A DNA stretch of 64,000 nucleotides from NCBI RefSeq assembly GCF_036321535.1, contig NC_087437.1, positions 54,934,001-54,998,000 on the forward strand, written 5' to 3'. This DNA is from Camelus dromedarius (lineage: Eukaryota). Made by a program: the position numbers and the translations under genes. Positions 24,430 through 38,289 of the stretch are shown piece by piece. Numbering within the stretch: the first letter of the stretch is position 1; the number at the start of each line of letters is the position of its first letter. The notes beneath the pieces are model-generated. The model did not search any database. It was not told where the DNA came from and saw only the letters and a program-made list of their open reading frames with translations.

Positions 24430-24560
24430 TGCCTCACTAGAATGTAAGTCTGATGGAAGGCAGTTTTTGTTTCGTACACCGCCATGTCCCCATCTTTGGT
24501 CCTAGAACAATGCCTGGCATATAGAAGATATTTACTATTTCATTAATTAACCTGTGAATA
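24430..24560 (+). mobile_element. L2 3' end
   Basis: cactagaatgtaagtc...cctagaacaatgcctggcatatag. Confidence 0.75.
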
Positions 24561-27500
24561 AGAATTGTGAGCAGGCATTCCATATCCACTGTGGCAGCAC
24601 ATGGTATATAGTAAACTACAGAGGGAAAACACTTCATGTACTTAGCAGATATTTATTTAACACCTTATGGAATCATAAAATATTAGAGCTAGAAGGAATT
24701 TAGAGACTATCTAGGAAAATCCTCTCATTTTTAGGGATTGTGAAAATAAGGGAGTTTTCTAGGTTCACAAACTACTTAGTGACAGAGCCATGGATTGTAA
24801 CTCAGACTTTCTCATTCCTTTCTGAAATCACTTAAAGGCACTAGAGAGTGGCTAAAGTACAGTAACACATGGTTGCTACATTCGTTGAACTTCAGTCACA
24901 ATTAAATTGATACCCTTGAACTTGAGCTCTTTTGCATGTATTTTCTGTGAAGATTAAAGATTGAAGTTGGTCTGTGGATAGGTTACACAGTCCGGATTTT
25001 CTTTTTTAAGTTCTAGATCACATTTTTCCCGCTACAGGGTTTCCTTTGTGGTCTTTGGTTCCCAAGACAATCTCTTAACCTTCTCAGTTTTCTTCTAATC
25101 TAATTGGGTCAGATGGGCAGGGCATCACATTGAGAAAAACATACTTTCCCCATGTTTACATGTGTTTACCATAGCAACTAGTTGTGAAAGGTCATTCTCT
25201 TATATAAGGCCCCTTCAAGGCTGGGAAGCGACATCCAGGATTTGTGTTTCATACTGTCTTCATACATACAGGAGATACCCACTCATTCAGTTGCATTGGC
25301 ATCACCATTCTCTTTATCAAAGAATGAAAAGTAGAAAAGAGATTTTTTTTAACTTTATAATCAAACATTCTTTGCCTTATAACTGTGGAAACAAGCTTCA
25401 TATCCTGGGAGAGGAAGAGCTGGTGGGGCATACATTGTGTATGGCAAAAGAGAGTTTCAAGTCGTAGGTTGACTGTGGTTGTGTATTGAGACATGGTATA
25501 GCTGAGATCTGAACCTAAGCGCTAATTATGCATTTTCTGATCTTAAATACACAAATACAGATAACTGTGAACTCAATTCCCTTTCCCCTCCAAACCACCC
25601 TTCTTTCCCCCAACCTGAACTTTCCCCACAACTTTCTCTAAAACATACAGATAATCATCTCCTTCCAGACTTTGAAGTGACATTAGAATTGTCAGAAGGC
25701 ATAATTAATTGACTGTCAGCAAAGCCATTGTTTGAACATCTGCAGAATTCTACTTGGTAGACATCTGTTGTTCTTTTAATTGAACGATTCACTCATCTAC
25801 AAATATTTATTGAGTGCCTGCTATACACCAGTCATTGAAGTGTGTGCTATAGGAGATAAAAGAAATAAGGTAACATAATGGCCAAAAAGAGAAAGTATTT
25901 ATTCAGTTCTCTAGCACCAGGGACTTTGATGGAAAACAGATTTCACAACTGGCAGTGGAAAATACATTCTTTTTCATCCAGGTTCAGGGGCCTTTGCCAC
26001 TACTGCCAGCTGACCTGTGCCAGATAAAATGCCAAAAGAGGCCATATAAGAGACACTTGTTGCTGGGGAATACACTGTTTGTAGATAGAGTTCTCAGCAA
26101 AAGCAGTTGAGTGCTTTAAAAGAAAAAGCAGAAAATGTCCAAAGCCCACAATCTGGGAAATCCCAGAAGCAGGTCCAAATTAATGACCTTATCCTGGTTC
26201 TCTTTCTGACTCTGACTCTGATGTCAGTCATGTTACATTACATTCTCCCAAATTCATTACAGCACTGCACAGTTCTGATCTCAGTTCCCATTTGGTTCTC
26301 TGACTACCAAAACTTCAATTTATGTGAGTCCTGGACCTGGCTCCACTCCTACCTGGAAATGAGCATCATTTGTTATAATTCAACAAGAAATAACAAAAAC
26401 ACCGTGCTGGAGTGAATTATTGAAGGAGGCTAAGATCATGCAGTAGGCAGGAGGTAACAGAAAATAGTTATTAACCTCTACTGTGTCACTGTATCTCTCT
26501 CTTTCTCTCTCTTCTTCTCTCTCTCCCCCATCTCCTCACACATACACACCATTCAGCACTAGGATCATGGCAAAGTTAGAAAGCCAATTATAAATCTTCT
26601 AACTTCAGAGCCTTCCATTCTTTGGTCACTGGAGGCCAAGTCATATTTCACCATATATGTAAACTATCTGTACTATTATTTGCTTAACATTTTCGGTCAA
26701 ATCAATTAATTTTTAACCTATTTTACCTTCATCCATGTCAATAATACCATAATTTGATTTTACAGATTAAAAGACTTATATTGCTTTTTTCCCCTGACAG
26801 ACATAAAACTGGATACCATAATTAAATTGAAAATGTTTGTCCATGAACCCTCTATTGTTCAAAATATTGAGCAATGTGAATGTAATTCAACACCAAGACA
26901 AACTGATGGACTATTACAGTGAAACGATGTCCACGAGGTTTCCCATGAAGTTTTATCAAAAAACAATGTTTTCCACACTCAGCATCATGTTACCATGAGA
27001 GGCAGAGCGATGGTATGCAGAGTCAGGCATCTAGCAGCGACCAGACTCTGGGCCAGCCACTGTCCCACTGATTCGCTGTGACATCTTGGGTCAGCCCCTT
27101 TTCCAGAGGCCTCATCTCTCTTATTAGGAGATTAGACTTCATATATTAGGATTCTTTGGTCTTTTAACATATTTACCTCAAACACTTTTCAAATATTGTC
27201 CTCTATACACCATTAAAACATAAGTGAATAGGAAAAAAGGCTGCCCTATGTAAAATTAAAACATTGCTTGCTTCAAGAGAGTTGAAAAAGAAACTGAAGA
27301 ATTGCATTTCCCAGACCATTGTATACTCTGCTTAGTACTGTTCCTCATTTCCTATGGTTTATGAGAAATTTCACATCATTTAAAGTGGCTTTAAGTGTCG
27401 GTTAATAAAAATAAAATATGATTGTAAAACGGAAGGAACACTGTGTACTGAGTTGGCTATTCTGGCATCACTGTTGAAGGATTTTCCTGGTTTAACATGT

Positions 27501-29309
27501 GTTTGCTAATGATACTTTGCATACATAAATAATATTAATATTGGTAACCATTAATGTGACAGTGGTCTAAAGTGTGTATCATATAGTACCTTCATAAAAA
27601 TAAATAATTTGTCTTTTGTTACATGGCATAGTGAAACTGGCACTGGACTTGGAGCCAAGAAATCCATGTATAAGTCCTGTATCTTCTCTGTGTGATACTG
27701 GTGACATTTGACATCTACAATGTGCTTTAGAACATTTTATGCATTATTTTAAACACATTCTTTTAGCAGTTTTAAGATTAGAGTTACCATTTTGCCAGAG
27801 AAATCAGTTTATCCAAGGACAGATTAATCAGAGAAGGAACCAAATTCTTAACGTAGGTTTTCTGGATTAAATTACATATACTCTAAGCAACTTTATATAA
27901 CCTCTTAACCTTTTTGAGTTTCAGTTATTTCACTTATTAAAAAGATATTATCCCTATCTATTTTATAAAATTATTGTGTGGATCAAGTTAAATCAATAGA
28001 TGTGAAAGTGCATTCTCAACCACAACAAATCAAAAATTTAAGAGATGCTAGTCTTGCTTCCTGATGCAGCATCTAGCTTGATTTATGCCACTTATGATTA
28101 GTGTGTAATAATCAGCCCTTCTGAATTTTTAATGTCAATGTTTGTCTCTATTTGAATTAACACTTCGTGTTTTTTTAATGATGTTCTCTTGTTATTGTAA
28201 TATCATTACAAAAAATGTTTTTCAGTCATTGTGTGTGAGAAAGCAACACACACAGACATACCACAGTGTTCTCATTTGCTGAGCAAACTACTCTTGCTTT
28301 TTAATGTGGAATGCAGAAAAGCTAATTGAAAAGAGACAAAATATGAATTTTGACTCAGGTTATGCAGGATGAATCATAACCCACTTTCTCATCTGAGATG
28401 TGAGGAGAAAAAATTATAAAGCCAACCACCACACAGCTTTACTGTCAGTGTCAGCATAATCAACATAGAATGTTTTTTAGCAGAACAAAGAGTACATTAC
28501 TACTAGGCAAAGAACTGCAGATAGTAGAAAACATAATCGATTTTTTTCTTTGTCTATAGTCTGATTTTTTTTTTTTCCCTGCCTTGGTTAAAGCATTCCA
28601 GTCAGGAGAGTTTGGGACCCTTCAGCAGTTGTTGTCCAGACCATTCAGAAATGTACCTGTGATTGCTACTGAACAATTAGAGGCCAGTCAGAGACAGGAC
28701 AAGCTTGAACCACATCTGATCCCAGCTTCCTTTTGTCAGTTCAGTAGGGAGCAGGGGGAACCTGGCCAGGGTAGAATTGCTGATTCCTTGAATTTAACTT
28801 ACTTGAGTTATTGTTGTGAATGATTAAAAAAAAAATGAAGGCTTTGTCCTGCTGGAGTCCAGGATCCAGATGTATAATCTACCTTCCTTGCAAATGTAGC
28901 TTGTTTTAAAAAGGGTTTTGTACAGACAGAGAAGTACTGTAATCTACTCTAGGATGTAGTCTCCAATTCCTAAGTCAGTTAATTTATTTTTGACTTTTGT
29001 TACTGTTGCATTTTAGTCATAATTTTATGGCCTTTATTTCTCCTCTGTATATCCATTCACACATATGTATACATGTTATATATACTATGTGATATCCATA
29101 ATATATGTATATCTGTTTATACCTTCTACTTTACTTAAGATCATTGTGAAGGAAGACTGCATCTTCCTTATCTTGCTCTTCCCCGAAGAACAGCACAAGG
29201 AGATAGAGCGAGATGAGTTCTTAAATCTCTCTAGGCCATTCCATCAAGACCTTTGCTTGCAGTAGAGTTTCTCCAGTCTGACTTGATTCTAAACATTCTC
29301 GCTAATGGA

Positions 29310-29515
29310 TCTGTTTAGCATAAACTGAACACTTGCTATATACTACAAGTTTTACATGCATTACACATATTTCTTGACTATACCCCTGTGAAATGTAGGT
29401 ACTGTTCTTTTACAGATGAGAAAACTGAACCAAAAAGTTAAATCATTTGCCCAGGGTCTAGTAACTATTGGAGTTGTTCTTTGAACCCAGAGCCTGCCTC
29501 CTAACCACTATGTGT
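29310..29515 (-). mobile_element. MIR SINE
   Basis: ttttacagatgagaaaactga...tttgcccagggtc...tttgaacccag. Confidence 0.75.
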
Positions 29516-30802
29516 CCTTTGTCTACAACTATAGGGTGCAGTAGGTCAGCTAACCAGGCCTGGCTGAAGACTGGGGCACGAAGCCTGCGCTCATCTTGTG
29601 ACTTCCTTGCCAAATTCCCTTCTATTTCTCCCTCTGCTTCTCTCGGGGGACTTTTTTTCGGTGTGATTTGACTTCCTCTGATTGAAGGGTCCCACCATTG
29701 ACCAGGCAGCAGGTAAAAATCCCCGCACACCATCATTCTGTTTGCCCTATACCAGATGTCCGCAGGGACGCGGTCTCAGATCCCCTGTTACAAGGATAAC
29801 AGTGTCCATGTGGGCCACTTACTCCACATGATACAAGATGAGGGCTGAGGGTAAAACTATTTTTGTTAACTGCATTTGAAATATACATTTCTGCTCCTCT
29901 GTTCTCTTCTTGAACTTGAAACCTGGTTCTTGTGATTTTAGCATGATCTAAATCTAGAAACTCCCTTCTCCCAATGCTTCATCCCAATCCAGTGAAGCTT
30001 TCTTCTAATCTAGTGTGCCTTAAAAAAAGCCAAGTTCAGCCTCACTGCCAAAGCAGAAGTGAGAGAGAGCAAGGGGAAAGGAACTCATCTTCAAAATAAG
30101 GTCACCCTACAGACATATCATCAGGCAGAAGAGTTCAGTGCGAGAGCTAGCGATTGGCTCACTCAGTCGGAAGTGGATGCTATTTTAGGCCGTCAGCAGG
30201 AGTGTCAACGTATCTGTGAATTTTGGCATTTTATTTCATTAAGGTGGTTCAGGAAGCCAGACACTGATTAACTGATTCTTCGACTTAGTTCCCACTCCTA
30301 ATTTTGGATGTGTGGTGTCTTCAGGCAGCTGCTGTGACACCCTGATTCTAAAGAAAACTTTTCTTGTGCTTCTAAAGCAATCCTGGGAACAGTCGACCCC
30401 ACATCTTACTACCCTGGAATCTCCCATGCGCTACACCTCTGGTCTCAGGTGGTGTGGGGGTTCTGCTGCTTCCACTTCTTCTCTGGCCGGCCAAGGAAAT
30501 ACGACCCAGGTGTGTGCATCCGGTTACCTTTCATAATTTGTCCGTCGTAGCAGGATTCTCACTGGTGCGTTAGCCTCAAGGTGGATGTTCATTTGGAGAT
30601 CACGTAAGAAGGTCCCTGTGGAAAGGATGGCCTCAGCACTGTCGTTATGTTCAAAGTCAAGAGGTATTCTAGACAGGCCACGAGGTGTGTTTACGTAAGA
30701 CTAGGAAAATTCTGAACTTTGTCTTGTTGTAAGGATTTGGGTTCTGATTTATCTACAAACATGCTTTAAGTGAGAATGATTTCTAGATAGGACATTTACG
30801 GT

Positions 30803-31800
30803 ATTTGTTTGTTCCTTCGTTTCTTTATTTAACAGTTATTGAAGGCCTGCTATGTGCCAAGCACTGAGCTAGGCATGCCCATGAAACATTAGTCCCTAAA
30901 ATTGAAACAGGAGCTTTCAAAATAACGGAATTACAATATGATAAATGTATGAGTTAGTAAAAAGTACTAGGGGAGGGAGAAAGAAAGAATGGCTTACTAT
31001 GGAAAAGCTGGGGAAGGTTTTCCAACATAGGTGATGTTGGGGCTGAATGTGGTGTAATTTCCCAGGTAAACCATGAATTTAAGGGCATTTCAGACAAACA
31101 ATTCAGTAGGTACAGAGAGACCAACAGAGACTTAGGAAAAATGCAGTATGACTAGGGTATTGGAGGGGAAAATGAGAATAAAAGGATGATCAGTGTTCCT
31201 GCTTAAGAGTCTGGAGTCTGTCCTGAAGGCCCTGTGGATCTATGAAGGATTTAAACAAAGGAACCACTTGACCTGATAGACATCAGCTAGAGGTCATGCT
31301 GGGTGCTCCTGGGGAGGTGGGTGTTGAACCAGAAAGGATTTGGGAGACTGAAGGTTATTTGCGTTAGTCTAAGGGGATGATGAAAAGCCTGTACCAAGGC
31401 TGTCATGTTGTGGCAACACAGGGGAGAGTAAGAGGAATGAGTGGAGGCTTAATCCTGGGCTTCTGTCTTAGGTGGGCAATGACATTAAGCGAGGTGAGAA
31501 GACAGGAGAAGTTCAGTAGTGACGTGCCTTCAACCCCCAGAGATCCTCACTGGGAAGCAATGCAGTTCTATCTGTCAGTGCTTATCGAGCACCCACTGCG
31601 TGCTGGCACTGTTGTGGGCATTGACGCAAAAGCAGGGGATAAAGCAGATGTGAAGCGCCTGTTACGGGCTTGCGTTCTAGTAAGGAAGGACAGCGCATAA
31701 ATAAGTCAAATGCACAGTATGTCAGTTGGTGAGAGATCCCATAGAGAAAAATTAAGCAGAAGAAGGGAGATGGTGAATGCTACAGTGGTGTGGGGGGTAG
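30803..31800 (-). mobile_element. Two consecutive L2 fragments (second starts at ~31570)
   Basis: ttattgaaggcctgctatgtgccaagcactgagctagg and ttatcgagcacccactgcgtgctggcactg are antisense L2 3' ends with purine-rich continuation. Confidence 0.7.
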
Positions 31801-33964
31801 AAGCAACACAGTAAGTAATGGGACAAATGTAATTGGGAGGCCCCCATCGCTGGTGAAATCTGGTCCACCTAATTTTGTTTCCTTTCCATTTGTGTTTTAT
31901 AAATGATTATTTCTCCTAAACAAAGGAAATAAACAGCAATAGCAGCATAAACATTTACAAACACATGAATGTACACACAGTGGTTTGTGTTGCCAACATA
32001 ACACATGCCAGGAAAAACAAAAGGAAACAGCAGCTAAAAAAGTAAAAAAACCTTAAGGAAAAAAAAAGTGGAGGCTCCCTCAGACACGAATCCTCGTCAT
32101 TCAAAACACTGGATAGTATGAATTAGAAAGTCACAGAAAGGAGAGAGATAATATTTAAAACAGGATAATAATTCTGATATTTTAATGCTAGAGAACTTTA
32201 GATTCAATCCGAGTCGCTTAGCTTAGAGAAACCGTAGACCCGGAAAGAAAGCAGCTTATTTGAAGACACCCAAGTAGGTCTAGAATTCAGAATTCAGGTT
32301 TCCTTGGCAGTTCACTTAGGGCTCCTACCATTATCCACCGTACCAGACGGGCCCTCAGCTTGGGATCTGGGATCTGGCTTCTTGGGTTTGAATAGTATTT
32401 ATGCTAGTGATTAAATAAGTTATTATTAATGTAAATTACTTACAGCTGTGCCTGACACACAGGTAGTGGTTTAGAAAATGTTTACCGGGTAGTGGGTACC
32501 CAAGGGTATTAGAATATCATGATATAGATTCTTTGGGCTTTGTGTGTTTGGGTGTAAACTCAAAGCCAGTCTCTGGTGATGGCCACACATAAAATCTTCC
32601 AGAATTTCCAGTTAAGATATTAAAATATTAACCAGTTCCTCTGGGTCACCGAGTAAATACAAAATACATTAAGATAACTTTGATATTCATTTCACTCACA
32701 GTAGTTCTAGATATTTCATTCTAGAGCTGAGTTATATGAGATTCTGAACCAGAAGTGGAAGCCTACCCTTTCAAGACAGAGATACGTCTGATTGTGAACA
32801 TCATGCACAGACTGGCCTTGTAACTGTTGACAGCCAGCTAGTAAGTACTGACTGTGTTCCAAGCCCTACGCTGAATGTCTTACACAGCTGCTTATACTTA
32901 ATCCCACTGCAGGGAGGCATTTGTATCTGGATTTTACAGATGAAAAAATTCAGTCCACAGGCAGTTGAGTACCTTGTGCCAGGTCACGCAAATAGGATAG
33001 TCAGAAGTACAGCTTAAATTTTCATAAACCAGTTTCTGTTCTCGTTTGCTTAGCAAATGGCTTTTTAATGATACACTTTTTTTTTAACTAGCTACCATAT
33101 TCTCCAGTTAGTCTGCATTTTACACTCCTGACCTTTCTGGGCCACTTGTATCATTCATTCATAAAATAATAGAATCATAGATTGTTTTTGCTGGAGGGGT
33201 CTGGAGGAAGTTTCCTGGTTCTCAACTTGAAGACTGAGAATCACCTGAGGGAACTTTATCATTATACCTACACACCCACACACACCCACCTGGTATGTAT
33301 GTTGTGATTCTGACTTAGTCCAACCTCCACTGAAAAAATGCTATTTCTCTGAGAAAATTTAGCTGATGGAGTATGTCATATTGTGCAGGTGTGAAGGAAA
33401 GAAAAAAAAAAGTTTGAGAATTACTGAAATTTTCATGTAATCAAACTTGAGAACCAGAGAGTAACAGTAACTTCCTCAAGGCACAGCTCGTTTGTGTCAC
33501 ATCTCTCTGTAGAACTGGTCCTTCTGACTTTCGGTATTAGGCACTTTCCTTGTTTATTCCTCAAAACTGCCTTTGTGGAATGTGCTGTGTCCTTCTTGAT
33601 GGTTCTAGAGGACTGACTAGAGGACTGTAAGGCCAAACAAAGGGAGTGATTAATTTGCCCAAGATTTCGTAACAAATCAGTTGGTCAAGTGAGGATCAGT
33701 TCATTATATGATGCTGTTCTACACCTCTTCACTTGGTTCTAGTTAAGTAACAGCTCATCAGTGTGGAACACACATCTTCAAGATAGTAGGTTTGTGGGTT
33801 GCATAGCTTTTTTTGTGTCTATTTTCAATTTCTGTTCCTTTGATAATGGAACAAATGGCAGAGACGATGAAACTCAGTAGGAGAATTATCTCCTAGATTT
33901 TCTGTGATCTTTCTTCTGTCGTGAATCAGTATGTCTAGTAATGACACAGTAGATTATTAGGTTA

Positions 33965-34600
33965 TTTGGTTTGTTTGTTAAGTAGGTTTTTATTGAGAGC
34001 CTACTATACATCCATCACTGACATAGGTGGGCTGAATAAAGAGTTGCTAAAAATCCATTCTGGAAAAAAATGTGCTATAAATACTGAAATTGAGAAATCT
34101 CTGCTCCAAATTAATCCGTAGACTACTAGAAGTTAAAGAATCAAAACTGTATAATGATCCTTTTACTATGTGATATGTGTTATAAAGAAGCTTTGTGCAT
34201 GTGGCTATGAGAATGTCTGGGGGCCTTTGGGTGAGTCAGGAGATTACAGGGTGATATCTGAGCCAAGTCTTCAAGGAGGGACAGAATTGTTTCAAGTAGA
34301 GAAGGAAGGGAAAGATGCTAGAGAAAAAAAAACAGGATGTGAAAAAGGATAAAAGTAGGATGGCAGAATGTATTGGGGAACAGTAAGTTGTAGTAGATTT
34401 CAGAGCAGAAGTTCACTGGGACTAAAGCAAAGCTGAGTTGAGAGAATAGGACATGGGAGGATAGAGAACCTAAAGTCCAATGATGAAAGATCTGGTATGA
34501 TACATCATAGGGTCTTTTGGATCTTTTCCTGCTGCAAAAACAGGAAATTGTTGACTATCATTACAAAGAGGACAATATCATATTAGTTGTTTATAAAAAA
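33965..34600 (-). mobile_element. L2 fragment
   Basis: tttattgagagcctactata...tctgagccaagtcttcaaggag. Confidence 0.6.
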
Positions 34601-35005
34601 ATTGAGAAGATGGCCACTTTGATTACCATGTAACACTGCTGGTGGCCTAGATAACTTTACAAAGTCACTTCACAAGGGATAATGGGGCTGGAAATTTCAT
34701 GAGAACAGACTTAAGTGACTTGTGGCGGTGAGAAAATAGATATGGCTATCTTTTTACTCATAGTTGAAAACAGGAAGTGCGTAGGTATGCAGAAATGCAA
34801 GTCAAGTCAACTATGTTTTTGGTGTGTTTTGTGTGTGTTTTGCTTTTTGCACATCAGCAGTAATGTTGCTGAATACTGTGTGAAGAATTCACCAGACTCA
34901 GCTGAAGGAGGACCATCAGATTTTAAAAGTGCATGAACTTACACATTTAAAAATGACTCTCAACTTCCAAAAAATACACAGATCCTCAGAAAATCCTCAT
35001 GTATC

Positions 35006-35036
35006 TGTGTGTGTGTGTGTGCGTGTGCATGTGTGT
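35006..35036. repeat. Imperfect (TG)n microsatellite
   Basis: tgtgtgtgtgtgtgtgcgtgtgcatgtgtgt. Confidence 0.85.
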
Positions 35037-35324
35037 TGTTTGTGCTGGTCCCACCTTCAAGCAGAAAACTTTCCAAGGTCTTTATGCCTCCTTAAGAATT
35101 TAGAGTAGATGTAGTTATTTAGAGTAGAAAGCACCCTGAACTCATCTCCTAACTGTTACTTTTTTTAATGAAGAAAATGACATCCAGAGAGAAGCAGGAG
35201 TCCAAGCCATAACCACCAAGTGACAGTGCCCAAGTTAAAACTTTGCTCTTTCCATTATTGTAAATTCATTATAAAAAATGGAAACCTCATTTTTTTTGGT
35301 ATCACTTATTTGCAGAGTGGTAGT

Positions 35325-35830
35325 TATGAATTGGGTAAATTATCCGAAAGTAACAGATATCTTGGTACTCATTTGTAAATGTAGGTCAGAAGTGCAACAT
35401 GAGTCTCAATGGGCTAAAATCAAGATGTTAGGAGGACTCCATTCCTTTCTGGAGGTTCCAGGAGAGAATCCTCCTTGCCTTTCCAACTTCTAGAGAGTGC
35501 TCGCATTCCTTAGCTTGTGGCCCCTTCCATCTTACATTTCTTTTCTTCCATCTTCTTCCTTCCATTTCGTCCATCTTCAAAGCCTGCAACATAGCATCAC
35601 TGATCATTTCTCTATAGTCAAGTCTCCCTCTGACCACGGCTGGGAATGGTTCTGTAATTTTATGACCTGTGGGATTAGATTGGGCCACCTAGATCATCTC
35701 AGATCATGTCTTTATTTCAGGATCCTTAACTTAAACACATTGGTAAAATCCCTTTTTATTGTATATCATGTCATAAAATATTCACACGTTCTAGGGATTA
35801 AGATATGGAAATTGTTATGCTTCCTACCAA
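35325..35830 (-). mobile_element. MaLR (MLT1-type) solo LTR
   Basis: ggtcagaagt...gggctaaaatcaagatgt...ttctggaggttccaggagagaatc...cttctagagagtgctcgcattccttagcttgtggcccc is a typical antisense MLT1 LTR. Confidence 0.85.
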
Positions 35831-35951
35831 AATTCCCTTCTGGTAAATTTCTAATGGTTCTCTAGAGATTACAATGCCAGGCTCACCCTTGGGACATGCA
35901 TGGAGGCATGACCCCCTCAAAAGCCTATCTGTTAAAGGACCCAGTTCTTGT

Positions 35952-36019
35952 AAGGATGCTAACCTTGGGGTAAAAGAAAACTTGAAAGGATGCTAACCTT
36001 AGGGTAAAAGAAAACTTGA
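35952..36019. repeat. 34-bp tandem duplication (2 copies, 1 mismatch)
   Basis: aaggatgctaacctt[g/a]gggtaaaagaaaacttga at 35952-35985 and 35986-36019. Confidence 0.95.
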
Positions 36020-36149
36020 GATTTTCCTACAAATGTTATGGTGCTGATATGTCCACTTTGAAAAAAGGTATTCTGACTTAAATAACCATATGAAGGTCCT
36101 AGAGTATCTAAAACAAATTTGCTGATTCCCCAGTAAACTTGATTCTTTT

Positions 36150-36825
36150 TTTTTCTTTTTTAACAGCTTTATTGTGGTATGGTTCCTGTACAGTAAACTA
36201 CTCATATTTCAGATGTACATTTTGATGAGTTTTGATAGATATATATACCAATGAAACCACTACCACAATCAAGATAGCTAAAATTTCCATCACTCCCCAA
36301 GAGGTGCAGTTTTCAAATTCCCAATATATCCCTTCCCACACCCTTTAACCCCTGAAATAAGTTTGTTCTCTATGTCTGTGAGTCTGTTTCTGCTTTATTA
36401 AGTTTGTGGCTTTTTTTTTTTTTTTTTAGATTCCACATACAAGCGATATCATGTGGCATTTTTTTTTTTCTCTTTCTGGCTCACTTCACTTAGAATGACA
36501 GTCTCTAGTTCTACCCATGTTGCTGCAAATGTCATTATTTTACCTCTTTTTTGCCGCTGAATAGTATTCCATTGTATGGGCTGTTTCCATATCTTGGCTA
36601 TTGTAAATAATGCTGTTATGAACATTGGGGTGCATGTGTCTTTTTAATTATATTTTTCTCTGGATATAAGCCCAGGAGTGGGATTACTGGATCATGTGGT
36701 AACTCTATTTTTAGTTTTTTAAGGAACCTCCACACTATCCTCCATAGTGGCTGCACCAATTTACATTCCCACCAACAGTGTAGGAAGGTTCCTTTTTCTC
36801 TACACTCTCTCCAGCATTTATCGTT
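36150..36825 (-). mobile_element. 5'-truncated L1 (ORF2 C-terminus + 3' UTR) with a 16-bp TSD; 3' end looks chimeric
   Basis: ORF 36616..36903(-) contains [28 protein letters not shown] (L1 ORF2 Cys-rich C-terminus). TSD taaacttgattctttt (36134-36149) / taagcttgattctttt (36826-36841). Confidence 0.9.
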
Positions 36826-38289
36826 TAAGCTTGATTCTTTTGATGGAACATTTAAGCTTATGTTATTAGAAGCCCTGCTTTGGTCTCCCTCAACTTTAGT
36901 CATTTATTTCCAGCCCTTCTCATACTGTATGTATCTAGTCTCTTCCTGTCCTTCATTTTTTCCTTCCTCCCTCCCTCCTTATCTGCCTTTCTTTCCTTCT
37001 TTTTATTTACAGAAAAGTACTAGAAGAAAGGAAGGAGAGGATTAAGGGTAGAAAGATGAGGGGAAAATAAATGTTTTAAAGAGTAAATGGGTAAAGAGAC
37101 GAGGTCAAGAGGAAAGGGTCACTGTCCTCAACCGCATGCCAGTCCCAGGTAGTCCTATAAAACAGTTTTGTCTTCTGAAAATAGTTAAGCTGAGAGTTCC
37201 AGAATTGAGCAGTAGCTCTATGGAAGACACTAAAGGGAAATAAGGAATCCTGTGGCTGATACTATGGGAAAGGGTGTGTTCATCAAAGCATAGGTTCTTT
37301 CAGACTTGGAAAACAAACATGGCTCCCAAGTGGAAATGTTTATTTCCAACAGTAGGAATCAGGTCAGACACAATTCACAAATGAGTAAAGTTATCCTGAG
37401 ATCTAGATTGGAGGAGAAATAAGGGAGTGTGTTCTAGTAGTCCTCAAGTTACGTTTGGCATTTACATTCCAAAATTCCCTCTTCCAGGAACCACTACATT
37501 ATAAATTGCCATGTTAATGCTGACTGATTATGATGATTAGACAAACCAATATTGATGGTAAAAGAATATCCTACTGAAAAGAAAAAGACAATAATGTCTA
37601 AGGTGTCTAATTCACATTTCTTCTTCATAAAGTAAAGGTCAACTGTATCTCCTACAGTACTGAAATATGGATCACACTGAACAGTATCAGTGAAAATGCT
37701 CTTGAGACTATTAGGGAATCATAAAAGTTCTATTTTCTGCTCCTCTTCATTCTATTATCTCACCTTAGAGATAGTTTATTTTCTCTTACTTGGACCAGAT
37801 AGAAAAGTTGGACTAGCCACAACTTTGGCCATGGTTATCAAAGTGGGAGAATCTGAAGTAGAAGTCAGACTTGGTGGGAAAGCGCCAGCACTGCCGTCCC
37901 TGAGGTCCTGCTGCCACAGTCGTGTGCACGGAAGGTCTGAACTTTGTTGCTTGAGGGGTGATTACCTTTACGGAAGTCCTAAATTCCAGTCCAAGTCTCG
38001 TTGTTACTGTGTGACAGGCACGGCCTAAAGGGAACATTCGTGTATTTCTGTGCTGCCCTGTGGCTGTATCTACAGTAAAGTATCCTCATCCTATCTTAGG
38101 AATTTTGTTTCCTTTCACCAAAAGTGTGTGTATACGGGTATACATATATATACTAATATGTATCAAGACACAAAAGTCTCTATAAAAACTGAGCAATTCT
38201 GTAATACTTCTCAAAAATGATTTACTATTCGCGTGTTGCCCCATAATTCTGTACTCAGAACGTGTCCCCATCAATCTGTACTAGAGTCA

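Noticed and set aside
35952..36019. CRISPR-like repeat
   Set aside because: Two adjacent copies with no spacer, no cas genes, and a mammalian context.
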